Source: a virus. Taken from it: a stretch of DNA of 64,000 nt. Both the position numbers and the translations under genes were made by a program. The notes beneath the pieces are model-generated. The model was not told the origin of the DNA. It did no database searches and worked only from the letters and a program-made list of their open reading frames with translations. Below, one piece after another: positions 1 through 9,575 of the stretch; positions within the stretch are counted from its first letter, which is position 1, and each line of letters starts with the position of its first letter. The stretch is taken from IMG/VR virus record IMGVR_UViG_3300005264_000040, positions 32,001 to 96,000 of that record; one strand, written 5' to 3'.

Positions 1-1
1 A

Positions 2-400
2 TATGTAATTGCCGAATATAAGAAATTTGTAAAAGATGAAGACGCTGTCAGAAATGTAGAAAAAGTTGAAGAAACTATTTATAATGTTTATGATATAGGG
101 AACAACAAATTGCGAAAAATAAAAAGCGATTCTACCTCAACTAATTACACATATTTCAAAATAATGAAAGATTATGCGGTAGAAGTTTCAAAAACAAAAG
201 GATATTTTAATGGATATAAATTCACCGTAATTAATCCTAGCAATTTTCAGAGAAACCAAATATTACAGGAAATTTCTAATATTAGAATGACAGAAGGGTA
301 TTTTATATTTCCTATAAAAAATACAAATGATTTTTTTGTAGTACTTGATGTACTTCAAACAATTGTAATAGACAAATACACAGAAAGGAGTGAGTATTGA
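2..400 (+). CDS. hypothetical protein, 5'-truncated by window edge
   Basis: The frame of the 110..400 ORF is open back to position 2 (YVIAEYKKF...); its stop overlaps the next gene's RBS. Confidence 0.7.
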   Translation, partial: YVIAEYKKFVKDEDAVRNVEKVEETIYNVYDIGNNKLRKIKSDSTSTNYTYFKIMKDYAVEVSKTKGYFNGYKFTVINPSNFQRNQILQEISNIRMTEGYFIFPIKNTNDFFVVLDVLQTIVIDKYTERSEY

Positions 401-1142
401 TATGAAAACAGTAAATAAATATAAATTAGAGGTGGCAAAGAAATTAATGAGTTTAATCAAAAAGTATGTGGTGACTAACAAGTTTGCTACAATAGAAGAT
501 TTAGTAAAATTATCACCAGATGCGCTCGGAACAGAAGAATTCTATTTCAAATATAACAATTTAGTAATTTGGGATGGAGTTTCAGAAGAATTTATAAATG
601 CAGTGATATCTTTGTTAAGTGCAGGAGATATGGTTGCATTAGTAGCTCACCCAAGACTATATGATAGAAAATTAAAATATAAAGCTGTCAAAATAATGGA
701 AAGTGCAAAAGGTACAAAACATAAAGTATGGGCTCCTTTGTTATTAACTGTTGATAAAACTTTAATTGATTACATTAAAGAAAGGAACCTAGAAGCAGCT
801 ACTAACCATATCCCACCTAAAGCTTTAGTTTTAAAGAAAAATTATGCTAGAAGAGTAAAAGACATGAAATCCCTTTATAGAATGATTAATTTATATGGTG
901 AATATAAATTTTTAACAGAAACAATGAATATCAATCCAAGTTGGATTAAAGTTTTCGTAGAGATACATCATGACAAAATGACAGATATAGTAGGAGTTGC
1001 TATAGTGCATAAACGACAATTTAATATGGGAGCATTAAGACAAACAGTAAAAGATTATCTTGAAGATGGTAGAGATTTTCATTATAAAGGATTTAGATTT
1101 GAAAAGGATAAATTAATTGTCACATATGAAGTGGAGGGATGA
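390..1142 (+). CDS. hypothetical protein (likely start ATG 402)
   Basis: 250-aa ORF; SD GAAAGGAG at 383-390 fits ATG 402. Confidence 0.75.
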   Translation: MSIDMKTVNKYKLEVAKKLMSLIKKYVVTNKFATIEDLVKLSPDALGTEEFYFKYNNLVIWDGVSEEFINAVISLLSAGDMVALVAHPRLYDRKLKYKAVKIMESAKGTKHKVWAPLLLTVDKTLIDYIKERNLEAATNHIPPKALVLKKNYARRVKDMKSLYRMINLYGEYKFLTETMNINPSWIKVFVEIHHDKMTDIVGVAIVHKRQFNMGALRQTVKDYLEDGRDFHYKGFRFEKDKLIVTYEVEG

Positions 1143-1459
1143 CTATGTACGTTGTTGCGTGGATAGGAGACGATGCTACTGAAGAAGAGATAAAAAAAGC
1201 TCAATATGTGTTGAAGTTAGCTGGTATAAAATATGTAGATCTTGTAAGATTTATTTCGTATCGAAAAGACTCAGAAATTAAAGAAGCATTAGAAGAAGCT
1301 AAAAAGAAACATAATTGGAGCAAATCAGCAGATGAACTTTTTGAAGAATTTTATGACTTTTGGATGCAGTGGGATGTTTCTGATTCTATTGAAGAATGTT
1401 TTGAATCTTTTGTACAAGTAATAGATGCTGAAGAAAAGGAGGAATTAAAATGGAATTGA
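1139..1459 (+). CDS. acidic hypothetical protein, paralog of next gene
   Basis: ATGA overlap with upstream gene; shares LK.(A/V)GI and DS.(E/D)EC...FV..I with 1450..1794. Confidence 0.75.
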   Translation: MTMYVVAWIGDDATEEEIKKAQYVLKLAGIKYVDLVRFISYRKDSEIKEALEEAKKKHNWSKSADELFEEFYDFWMQWDVSDSIEECFESFVQVIDAEEKEELKWN

Positions 1460-1794
1460 ATTTATTGATTGTATATACTTCTGATAAAGAAGAAAAAAAG
1501 AAAGTAAAAGAAATGCTTAAATATGTTGGAATCGACGCATCAAACATCGAAGAACCTATGATAATTCAATCGTGGAATAAAGAAGATTTACTATTACTTT
1601 TATCGAGGTATTATGATGATGAAGAATTTGAAATGTTTAATCATGAAAGACTACTAAATGATTTTAAACATTACTGGTACGGGCAATATGAAGGAGATTC
1701 GATGGATGAGTGTGCTGATATGTTTGTGGATTATATAAAAAAAGAAGAATATTTACAAGGAAGAAATTCAAAAAAAGAAAGGAGTGAATATTAA
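1450..1794 (+). CDS. acidic hypothetical protein, paralog of previous gene
   Basis: SD AAGGAGG upstream; motifs shared with 1139..1459. Confidence 0.75.
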   Translation: MELNLLIVYTSDKEEKKKVKEMLKYVGIDASNIEEPMIIQSWNKEDLLLLLSRYYDDEEFEMFNHERLLNDFKHYWYGQYEGDSMDECADMFVDYIKKEEYLQGRNSKKERSEY

Positions 1795-2106
1795 ATGGAA
1801 AAAGAAAGAAAAATTAGAAGAATCAACATAGGTTATTGGCTTAAAGGTGGAGGTTTTTCCCCTGATAATAAAGTTGTAGTAAAAACAGCAGAACATTTAT
1901 GGACTTTATGGAAATTATATGTATTTGTAGAAAATGGTGATGTTTCAGAAATGATGTATAAAGCTGAAATGTTAAATATTTGTCCTGAAGATGTAGAAAA
2001 AACGCATAACGGATTACCTGTTTTTCGAACAAAAGAAGAAGCAAATAAAGCATATGAAGATGTTTTAAAAAAAATAGACAAAACTATAAAAAGATGGAAA
2101 TGGTAA
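1795..2106 (+). CDS. hypothetical protein
   Basis: 103-aa ORF with SD GAAAGGAG, followed by a terminator-like hairpin. Confidence 0.7.
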   Translation: MEKERKIRRINIGYWLKGGGFSPDNKVVVKTAEHLWTLWKLYVFVENGDVSEMMYKAEMLNICPEDVEKTHNGLPVFRTKEEANKAYEDVLKKIDKTIKRWKW

Positions 2107-2118
2107 TTAAAAAATATA

Positions 2119-2148
2119 CAACTGCCTATAATGGGCAGTTGATTTTTT
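2119..2148 (+). terminator. putative intrinsic terminator
   Basis: caactgcc / ggcagttg 8-bp stem followed by a T tract. Confidence 0.6.
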
Positions 2149-2166
2149 AAAAAAAGGGGTGAAAAT

Positions 2167-3462
2167 ATGAGTAAAGAACTTATTATGTATGGAACAAATA
2201 TAAGTAAATTGTTTGATGAGTTAGTAGAAGCATTTAAAGAAAAGGATGAAGAAAGATTTGCCGAAACATATAGAAAGATTTATGACGTACAATTTAGGTG
2301 CGAGAATAGTCGTGAAAGAGCAAATATGCCAGAAGAAATAAAAGATATTGATAGAACATTGATTAAGAAGTTAGCATATTTCTTTCCAGTTATATCAAAG
2401 AAAGATTTTGCTAATTCAAATATAAGTTTCTTGTTAGCAAAAAAATATAAAGATGTTAAAAATATACAAGAAAATATACATAGAAGTGTATTCGAAAAGA
2501 ATAATAAATATATGATTAGACAGTGGGAAACATTAAACCCTTGCACTGGTTGCTTTGAAAAAATACGTAACTTACTATGGCATACAATATTATTAGAGAA
2601 TCTTAAATTAGAAAGATTAAATATCGAATACGAATACTTAGTTATACACAACGGATTTAAAACGTACGAAGATGCTTTAAAGGCAGAATTTTATTATCAT
2701 AAAAATATACATTGGTTAGATATCATGAAGAAGTTTAATTTAGCAGAAAATAACGTATTTATTATAGTTGAAAATTATGACGAAGGCATGAGAAAGTTAA
2801 AGTTAGAAAACGTCGAAAAAATAGAAATGGAATACTTTACTATAACAAATCATTTTTGGAAAAAAATAGATCAATGGATTTATTATTATAAGAAAAATTA
2901 TTTGAATAAAGATAAATTAAAAATGATAAAAAATGATAGTATAGACAATACTATAAGAATATTCTTAGACGAAAAAAAAGATAAAGTATATTATGTTGAA
3001 GATAATTTAATAGATTATGTTGATTTAGTACTAACATTATGGGATGAAAATGAAGAAATACGCAAATTTATATATAATTATTTTGAAAAAGATTACACAA
3101 ATTTTCTATTACATATAGAAGAATCAAATTACGAAGATTACTTAAAGAATGTTGTATTAAAGGATTATTATCCAACAAAAGAAACATTGAGAAATTTTTT
3201 GATTGAAATTGCAGAAAAAGAACTATTTTATATAATAGATTTAAATGATAGTATTATTAAACCATTGGTAGATTATGTTTATGACTTTTGGGAATACACA
3301 TATCCAGATTTTTTTGAATATGATTTAAATTTCTCCAACGAGGAATATACTATATTAGCTCTAATGCACGGCAAAGAATTTGCTGAATGGGTAGAATTTG
3401 ATTGTCCGTTCCCTTTGAACGAAGATGGCAAAGAGGGAAAAACGATTGTTTTTATTGAATAA
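2167..3462 (+). CDS. hypothetical protein (431 aa)
   Basis: Long ORF, purine-rich RBS AAGGGGTG; no motif recognised. Confidence 0.75.
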   Translation: MSKELIMYGTNISKLFDELVEAFKEKDEERFAETYRKIYDVQFRCENSRERANMPEEIKDIDRTLIKKLAYFFPVISKKDFANSNISFLLAKKYKDVKNIQENIHRSVFEKNNKYMIRQWETLNPCTGCFEKIRNLLWHTILLENLKLERLNIEYEYLVIHNGFKTYEDALKAEFYYHKNIHWLDIMKKFNLAENNVFIIVENYDEGMRKLKLENVEKIEMEYFTITNHFWKKIDQWIYYYKKNYLNKDKLKMIKNDSIDNTIRIFLDEKKDKVYYVEDNLIDYVDLVLTLWDENEEIRKFIYNYFEKDYTNFLLHIEESNYEDYLKNVVLKDYYPTKETLRNFLIEIAEKELFYIIDLNDSIIKPLVDYVYDFWEYTYPDFFEYDLNFSNEEYTILALMHGKEFAEWVEFDCPFPLNEDGKEGKTIVFIE

Positions 3463-3505
3463 CAACAGTTTATTAGATTATTTCTAATAAAAAGGAGGGA
3501 TTAGT

Positions 3506-3751
3506 ATGTTTTATGTATATGGCATAAAAGGTGAAAAGAATGTAAAGGTAAAATGCAGAACTGTAGAATGGGCTGCATTTTGGAGGGCAAAATTACAAGA
3601 ATATGGTTACAGAGAAGTTGTTATTTCCGAAACAGAATTAACAGATGGAATTACTTATGAATGGTCAGGATATGATTTGCCAAAAAATCTCAAAGAAGTA
3701 TTTGATGCAGAACAATTTGTTCTTTTTAAAAGACCAAGTTATAATAATTAA
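3506..3751 (+). CDS. hypothetical protein
   Basis: 81-aa ORF with SD AAGGAGGG. Confidence 0.7.
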   Translation: MFYVYGIKGEKNVKVKCRTVEWAAFWRAKLQEYGYREVVISETELTDGITYEWSGYDLPKNLKEVFDAEQFVLFKRPSYNN

Positions 3752-3789
3752 TATTATAATATCGGGTGACTTTTATACTGTCACCCGAT
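3717..3789 (+). promoter_or_regulatory. putative promoter plus perfect 10-bp hairpin at head of the RT operon
   Basis: TTGTTC(3717)-N17-TATAAT(3740), second TATAAT at 3755; atcgggtgac / gtcacccgat inverted repeat 3761-3789; could alternatively be a terminator (only 4 T). Confidence 0.45.
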
Positions 3790-3837
3790 TTTCAAAAAGA
3801 GACCAGCGAAAATATCCTAGAAAGGAGATGATGCGAT

Positions 3838-4638
3838 ATGATGAGAACCAAATTTGATTATAAAATAATGAGGAAAAGGAATCGTGATGGGATCTTACCT
3901 CTTTATGATGAAACAAAATTATCTAAAAGTTATATTGATATATTCGATAAATTATCTACTAACTTTTTCAACGACACTACAATATCTTTAGTATCTTATA
4001 AAAGAACTATTTTAAAATTGAACTATGGGCACATAGTTGCTGTAGTGCAAATTGATACATTTAGAAACCCAATCAAAATAAAATTCTATGTAACTATGGT
4101 AAATATCGTAAAAAGAAAAGTTGTATATAAATCTGTGCAAGAAATTAATTCTGAAAATGAGTATGAAATATTTGGGCCTTTGTATCGACACATAGCAGGA
4201 GTTTTCAGCGCAGCATATAACCTTAATAATCCAAAATATTCTAACTGCAAATTGATTATACCACAAAACAATGCTTTTGTGCAAGTGCTTTACTCAAAAA
4301 ATAGAATAAAATCTTTAAAATTAATGGGAACTTATGAAGAAAAAGGTACAAAAGAAAGTACAATCATGAAAGATGCAGATACTATCCTAATCACAAGTAA
4401 GAAAAACGGCTTGTTAATTTTAAAGAAAGGTGATATAGTAAAAAACGTTAAAGAAAAAATAAGTAATTTTACTGATGAACATTTAGTGTGGGTAAAAGAA
4501 AATAACGGATTTTTATCAGTAGTATATTGGGATGCAAAAACTTATAATAAAGGAAAATATAGTCTCAAATTTAAACCTACTGAACTTACTGTAGAAGATT
4601 TAATTCTTGCACAAAAAGGAGATGAGGATATTGGTTGA
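3838..4638 (+). CDS. hypothetical protein overlapping the RT start
   Basis: 266-aa ORF, SD GAAAGGAG; 3' end overlaps RT gene. Confidence 0.75.
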   Translation: MMRTKFDYKIMRKRNRDGILPLYDETKLSKSYIDIFDKLSTNFFNDTTISLVSYKRTILKLNYGHIVAVVQIDTFRNPIKIKFYVTMVNIVKRKVVYKSVQEINSENEYEIFGPLYRHIAGVFSAAYNLNNPKYSNCKLIIPQNNAFVQVLYSKNRIKSLKLMGTYEEKGTKESTIMKDADTILITSKKNGLLILKKGDIVKNVKEKISNFTDEHLVWVKENNGFLSVVYWDAKTYNKGKYSLKFKPTELTVEDLILAQKGDEDIG

Positions 4639-5626
4639 AACTAAAGAAAAGATGATATATGGAATTCAAACCATACCACAATTTGCGGGGTTCCTGCAAG
4701 AGTATCCACAAACTGTTACTTGGATTGAAAAAGTAAAACCCAGGTTATATAATGAGTTTAAAATTCCAAAACACAAAGGTGGATTTAGAAGCATCTCTAC
4801 ACTTGTAAAAAAGGACAATGAAGTTATTGTTCTTAAAAGAATCCAAAGAAAAATAAAGGAAAAAATAATTGACAATATAATATTTCCTGATTCTGTACAT
4901 GGATTTGTAAAAGGTAAAGATATTTATACTTGCGCAAAAGTTCATTCAGGCCATCATATTGTTGTATCTTTAGATATAAAAGATTTTTTTGATAGTATAA
5001 AAGCTGGAAGATTAATTCCGTTGTTCCAGAATTTGTTCAATATGGAATGGCAACCAGCTTGGCTATTTGCTCAACTCGTAACTTTTAAAGGAAGATTGCC
5101 CCAGGGTACTTATACTAGCCCTGGAATTTCTAATTTATATATGTATTATTTTGATTTGTATATGGACGAAACATTTAAAGAATCTGGTATGACCTATACC
5201 AGATATGCTGATGATATTACTTTCTCTGGTGATTTTTCCAAGGAGGAAGCAAAAGAATATATTAAATTCATAAAAGCAGAACTGCAGAAATTAGGTTTAA
5301 AACTTAATAAAAAGAAGACTAAAATATATGAGAAACCAGCAAAGCAAATTGTATTAGGGATGGTTGTAAATGATCATCCAAATATTTCAAGAGAAGAAAG
5401 GTTTTTACTAAAAGCTATGATTTATAATTTTGTTCATAAACACATTATAAATATAGATTATACAACAGATCCCAAAAAATATAAAAGAATACTTATGGGT
5501 AAAATAAATCATGTGCTTCATGCAAATCCAAATTTAGCTACTTTCATCAGATATAAAGAAGAGTTAAGGAAGTTAGATCCAAATAAAATTAAAGACTGGA
5601 ATTTGATGACTTATAAGGAGGGTTGA
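4607..5626 (+). CDS. reverse transcriptase, retron-class (likely start TTG 4631 or ATG 4622)
   Basis: FKIPKHKGGFRSI, HGF, CAKVH (NAxxH-like region X), LDIKDFFDSI, LPQGTYTSP, YTRYADDITFSG catalytic motif, VLGMVVN (VTG-like region Y). Confidence 0.93.
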   Translation: MHKKEMRILVETKEKMIYGIQTIPQFAGFLQEYPQTVTWIEKVKPRLYNEFKIPKHKGGFRSISTLVKKDNEVIVLKRIQRKIKEKIIDNIIFPDSVHGFVKGKDIYTCAKVHSGHHIVVSLDIKDFFDSIKAGRLIPLFQNLFNMEWQPAWLFAQLVTFKGRLPQGTYTSPGISNLYMYYFDLYMDETFKESGMTYTRYADDITFSGDFSKEEAKEYIKFIKAELQKLGLKLNKKKTKIYEKPAKQIVLGMVVNDHPNISREERFLLKAMIYNFVHKHIINIDYTTDPKKYKRILMGKINHVLHANPNLATFIRYKEELRKLDPNKIKDWNLMTYKEG

Positions 5627-5630
5627 AATT

Positions 5631-6686
5631 ATGGAGGTAGTTTTATATACATCAAAGGAATATCCTTTACTTTCATTAAGAGGAAAATTCCCAAATGGTA
5701 AAAATTTTGAAAGAATTGTTCTTAAAAATTATTATGTAATAGAAGAATTGATCGCAAATTTAAAAAAGCAATTTCCTTTCCAAGAAAAAAGTATATATGA
5801 ACAGATGACAATGTCTAATTTTCATTATACTAAAACTCCTAGACTTCTTTTTGAAGAGTTTGGATATGTCCAATATGAATATGGCACCACAAAAAAGTTT
5901 GTCACAGATGGTTTTTATAATTTTGGATTTATTGATTTATCATATAAAAACTTCATAAAAGATTTAAAGAAACATCAAATATATACAGAATATAATTATC
6001 TGCCTTTTGCGCTTAGTAGAATGGTTGCTTTTAGATACTTTTATACTGACGAAAACAATAATGTTGTAGCTTTTGATTTAGGAGAAGATTTTGATGTGAT
6101 TACTAAAATAAAATATGTAGGTTCTACTATCAATAGAGCACCTATTTTCTACAATATTCCAAAAGAGGATTTTGATTTTGATAAGTATAAAAGAAATCCT
6201 TTGGGAATAAATTCAGATGTGTTTTCAAATTCGTACAGAAATCCTGCAGATCTAGAGGAAGAACACCCTTTACTTCAAAAGAATGTAGTTCTAATTCAAA
6301 CCGAATATAAGTATGAACAAAATGGAATTATATGGCATATTATGTCTAAAAACAACTCCTCACAACATTTCAAAATTGCTGATATGCCTTTCCGTGCATT
6401 GTATCAACACGAAAAAACATTTTTTGAAGCAGTTAGTTTTAATGGTTATCAGATAAAAAATGGAGAATTAATATTAGATAAATTAAGAACTTTCAAAATG
6501 TTAATATCCATGGTATATGGTAACAAGAAAAATTATATGAAAGATGAATATTTTAGTAGAAAAGTACCTATGTTACACATTCCAGGACAAACAGGTGATA
6601 TTCCTGATGAAGGTTTGAAATTTATTGTGTTTCCGGATTTACCGGAAGAAGTTTTAGAAAACATTTGGGATGTAAAAAATTTTTAA
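5631..6686 (+). CDS. hypothetical protein immediately downstream of RT (candidate partner)
   Basis: 351-aa ORF, SD AAGGAGGG lies inside the RT 3' end; no domain recognised. Confidence 0.75.
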   Translation: MEVVLYTSKEYPLLSLRGKFPNGKNFERIVLKNYYVIEELIANLKKQFPFQEKSIYEQMTMSNFHYTKTPRLLFEEFGYVQYEYGTTKKFVTDGFYNFGFIDLSYKNFIKDLKKHQIYTEYNYLPFALSRMVAFRYFYTDENNNVVAFDLGEDFDVITKIKYVGSTINRAPIFYNIPKEDFDFDKYKRNPLGINSDVFSNSYRNPADLEEEHPLLQKNVVLIQTEYKYEQNGIIWHIMSKNNSSQHFKIADMPFRALYQHEKTFFEAVSFNGYQIKNGELILDKLRTFKMLISMVYGNKKNYMKDEYFSRKVPMLHIPGQTGDIPDEGLKFIVFPDLPEEVLENIWDVKNF

Positions 6687-6698
6687 GGAGGGAAAGTT

Positions 6699-6995
6699 AT
6701 GACTACAGAAAGAATGTTAGAAAAATTAGAAGATTTATTGGAATGGTGGGAAAGTGATTTAGATATTGAGGCAGAATTTAAAAAGAAGGAAGATGGAGTA
6801 ACAAGAACAATACTTGTAACTATTTATTCGGAGACTTACTATTATAATGGTGAGAGACATTATAAACCTTTAAGAGATGTGGAAATTGTTGATGAAGACG
6901 AAGATGAATTAATCGAATCAAGAAGGTTTATAGATAAAGAAGAAGCTTCACAAATATTCGAAAATTTAATTGAAGATGGTTGGAAATTAATATAA
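6699..6995 (+). CDS. acidic hypothetical protein
   Basis: 98-aa ORF, SD AAGGAGGG. Confidence 0.7.
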   Translation: MTTERMLEKLEDLLEWWESDLDIEAEFKKKEDGVTRTILVTIYSETYYYNGERHYKPLRDVEIVDEDEDELIESRRFIDKEEASQIFENLIEDGWKLI

Positions 6996-7007
6996 GGAGG
7001 GGTTTTT

Positions 7008-7628
7008 ATGTTATTTGATAAAATATATAATATATTATTACTAAGAAACCATGATTATACATTTGTTGATAAATTCGTGCATCCTTCAAAATACAAAGAT
7101 ATAAAAGTAACAAAAGAAAAAGAAATTTTTACTGTGTTTGTTCAAGATTCTAACAAAGATCCATTATACAGTAGAACACATAAATTATACGAATATGAAA
7201 ACGGAGATATTGTTGTAGGAACGCATTTCTCAAATTATTCTCCTGATATGCATTGGGAAGATGTTTATTTCTTAATTAAAGATGTAATTGAAGAGCCTGA
7301 AGAAAAATCAAAGAAAAATCTATATCATGAACTAAAACGAATATATTCATGGAATTCTAAAGAAAGGTTAAAAAAAACAGCAAACTTTTTATTTTCTAAT
7401 GGAATAAATCATTTGAATTTTGATGAAAAATGCATGTATATTTATTTTAGTAAAGATGATTTTGTGAGCTTTAGATTATTTGATGAACCAGCTGAAGAAT
7501 ATTGGCAAGCTTTGGGATTTATCGATTATAAAAAGTTTTTTGACCATTATTCTCAAAACAGAGCTATTTTAGAATTTTCAGATAATTCACTTGTAGTTTA
7601 TGAATGTCCAAGATATTATAGGGAGTGA
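7008..7628 (+). CDS. hypothetical protein
   Basis: 206-aa ORF, SD AAGGAGGG. Confidence 0.7.
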   Translation: MLFDKIYNILLLRNHDYTFVDKFVHPSKYKDIKVTKEKEIFTVFVQDSNKDPLYSRTHKLYEYENGDIVVGTHFSNYSPDMHWEDVYFLIKDVIEEPEEKSKKNLYHELKRIYSWNSKERLKKTANFLFSNGINHLNFDEKCMYIYFSKDDFVSFRLFDEPAEEYWQALGFIDYKKFFDHYSQNRAILEFSDNSLVVYECPRYYRE

Positions 7629-8307
7629 TAAAATGACAAAACTTATAGTTCAGAAATATAAAGATGATGAAGTAGGGATTAAATTCCCTACTTCTTTTAG
7701 AAAATCCAGAACTATAAAATCAAAGAATATTTATGCGAAATATTTTCTCAATACTAATCCGTTTTTTGTAGATTTAGCATCTGATATTTCTTTTACACAT
7801 ATTTTAGTACCTAATATCAAAAAAAAGAATAAAAGTATTTGGGGTTTTTATAATGATTATTACAATATAGTATTATCCCCTATATTTATAGAAAAAATTC
7901 CTGTATTAATTTCATTTAAAAAACAATCATTCGATGCTTTTTTTTCTGGAACACACTTTTTTGATTATCCCATCAGACACACTGGACAATATTGTATTGA
8001 CAAACCCTATAAAATTATATATAGAAATAAAAATTTAGACGGTACAGGATATCCTGCTATTTACAATGCACCAATTTATTTTAAAGAAGAACAAATACAT
8101 ATTGATTATGCTGAAAATTTTATAGTCTTAAGTGATTATAACCCACAAAATAAAACTATAAAAACATCTGGTTTTTTTATAAGAGAAGCAAATAAATTAT
8201 ACATAAAACTTAGTACAATTGTACCTAAAGAAGTTATTCCGCATTCATGGTATAATAGTATATTGTTTTATGAATCAATACCTCAAAAACTATTAGAAAA
8301 ATATTAA
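7600..8307 (+). CDS. hypothetical protein (likely start ATG 7633)
   Basis: SD AGGGAG upstream of ATG 7633. Confidence 0.7.
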   Translation: MNVQDIIGSDKMTKLIVQKYKDDEVGIKFPTSFRKSRTIKSKNIYAKYFLNTNPFFVDLASDISFTHILVPNIKKKNKSIWGFYNDYYNIVLSPIFIEKIPVLISFKKQSFDAFFSGTHFFDYPIRHTGQYCIDKPYKIIYRNKNLDGTGYPAIYNAPIYFKEEQIHIDYAENFIVLSDYNPQNKTIKTSGFFIREANKLYIKLSTIVPKEVIPHSWYNSILFYESIPQKLLEKY

Positions 8308-8313
8308 AAGGAG

Positions 8314-8694
8314 ATGGTAAAAATGGTGACAGAAACTTTAGATTTAGATTTTCTTTTAGAGACACATGATTTGCTATTTTGGGAAGATGTATTTTTACCA
8401 GAAGAACTAAAATTGTTTAAAAAGATAGATAATGCTGCTGAAAATTTCTTCTTTAAAAACAAAACACAAAAAACTGTATCTTTCGAATTGTTAAAAAAAG
8501 AAGATTCGGTTTCTTATTGGTTGATAAAATATAAGGATTATCTTTTCATAGCCGAACATGCTTTGGAAGAAGTATCGAATGTGCATATGACAGAAAAAGA
8601 ACTTATGCAAACTTATATAATTTATCAACTTACAGATAAAAAAGAAAAAGAAGAAAGAGAAAGTTTATCATTTTGGAAATATGGCTCCTGTTAA
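8314..8694 (+). CDS. hypothetical protein
   Basis: 126-aa ORF, SD AAGGAG. Confidence 0.65.
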   Translation: MVKMVTETLDLDFLLETHDLLFWEDVFLPEELKLFKKIDNAAENFFFKNKTQKTVSFELLKKEDSVSYWLIKYKDYLFIAEHALEEVSNVHMTEKELMQTYIIYQLTDKKEKEERESLSFWKYGSC

Positions 8695-8705
8695 TGGGGC
8701 CTTTT
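8683..8705 (+). terminator. putative weak intrinsic terminator
   Basis: ggctcc / ggggcc stem then TTTT. Confidence 0.4.
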
Positions 8706-8723
8706 GTTTAAAGGAGGGATAAA

Positions 8724-9575
8724 ATGTTAGATCTATTATCTTTTATGGAAAATAAAAAATATACACCAATCTTTAAGTTAATAACAAGTTTAAATGCTGA
8801 TGGAACATCTATAGGAGACACTTTAAGTTACGAATATTATAAAACCAAAGAATATAAAAACATCAAGCTAGAGCTCAGCGAAACTGTTTTAAAATTTATA
8901 AAAAAAATAATAAAAGATTATTCTTTTAAAAAACTAACCCTCGAATTTCAACCTAATCAAACTTTGACTATATTTGAAGAAGATCCTAAAATGTTTGGTA
9001 CAAATCAAATAATAAAAAGAGCTATAGGTATTATAGCACATGAATCATTTCATAGAATTATTATTGATGATTATTATTCATATGTATCTGCTGGAAAAGC
9101 TTCTGATGTTTTGCCTTTTGTTTTGTTAAATAAAGAACATAACGAAAATGAAAACGAAGAAAAAATTTGTGTTCAGCAAAAAGGAGCTAAATATACTATT
9201 AAACTACTTGATAAAGGAAAAATAGTTGTACAAAATAACAATAACACAGTTCCTGCATTTCATCCTAAAAAGAAAATATGGTTGTATTTACCTCAACATT
9301 TTTGCAATATGGATCCTTATTTTATGGTTCCAACAAAAGATGTAATAGATACTAAAGATAATAGTAAGATTTTTTATGAACCGCAAAATGATAATATTAT
9401 TCTACTAAGTTATATGGAAAATTATATTTCATATTTAATTGCAAAAAATATTCATACTGATAGTTTTACCAAAGGAACAATAGAAAGATTTATAAAAATA
9501 GATCAAACAGGGCTTTCACCAACTGATTATATGGAGCTGCTAAAAGAAAAAGGAGGTTTTCGTAATGAAGATTAA
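8724..9575 (+). CDS. hypothetical protein, paralog of 9565..10395
   Basis: SD AAGGAGGG; shares F(H/N)PK...WLY(L/I)P and TGLS..DY.ELL with next ORF. Confidence 0.8.
   Translation: MLDLLSFMENKKYTPIFKLITSLNADGTSIGDTLSYEYYKTKEYKNIKLELSETVLKFIKKIIKDYSFKKLTLEFQPNQTLTIFEEDPKMFGTNQIIKRAIGIIAHESFHRIIIDDYYSYVSAGKASDVLPFVLLNKEHNENENEEKICVQQKGAKYTIKLLDKGKIVVQNNNNTVPAFHPKKKIWLYLPQHFCNMDPYFMVPTKDVIDTKDNSKIFYEPQNDNIILLSYMENYISYLIAKNIHTDSFTKGTIERFIKIDQTGLSPTDYMELLKEKGGFRNED

Noticed and set aside
382-1794. Near-identical 19-mers at 382-400 and 1776-1794 (both genes end ERSEY)
   Set aside because: Explained by a shared ribosome-binding site and spacer for the next gene overlapping the stop codon
4607-5626. 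RT as part of a diversity-generating retroelement acting on the repeats at 55040-55543
   Set aside because: Motifs are retron-like (LPQG..TSP, YADD, VLG..VN) rather than DGR-like; the repeats differ largely at synonymous, non-adenine-specific positions, and no non-coding template repeat was seen
5631-6686. KYVGST suggesting a GIY-YIG nuclease effector
   Set aside because: No upstream GIY/GVY at the right spacing and no conserved Arg/Glu pattern; a 5-residue match is not enough
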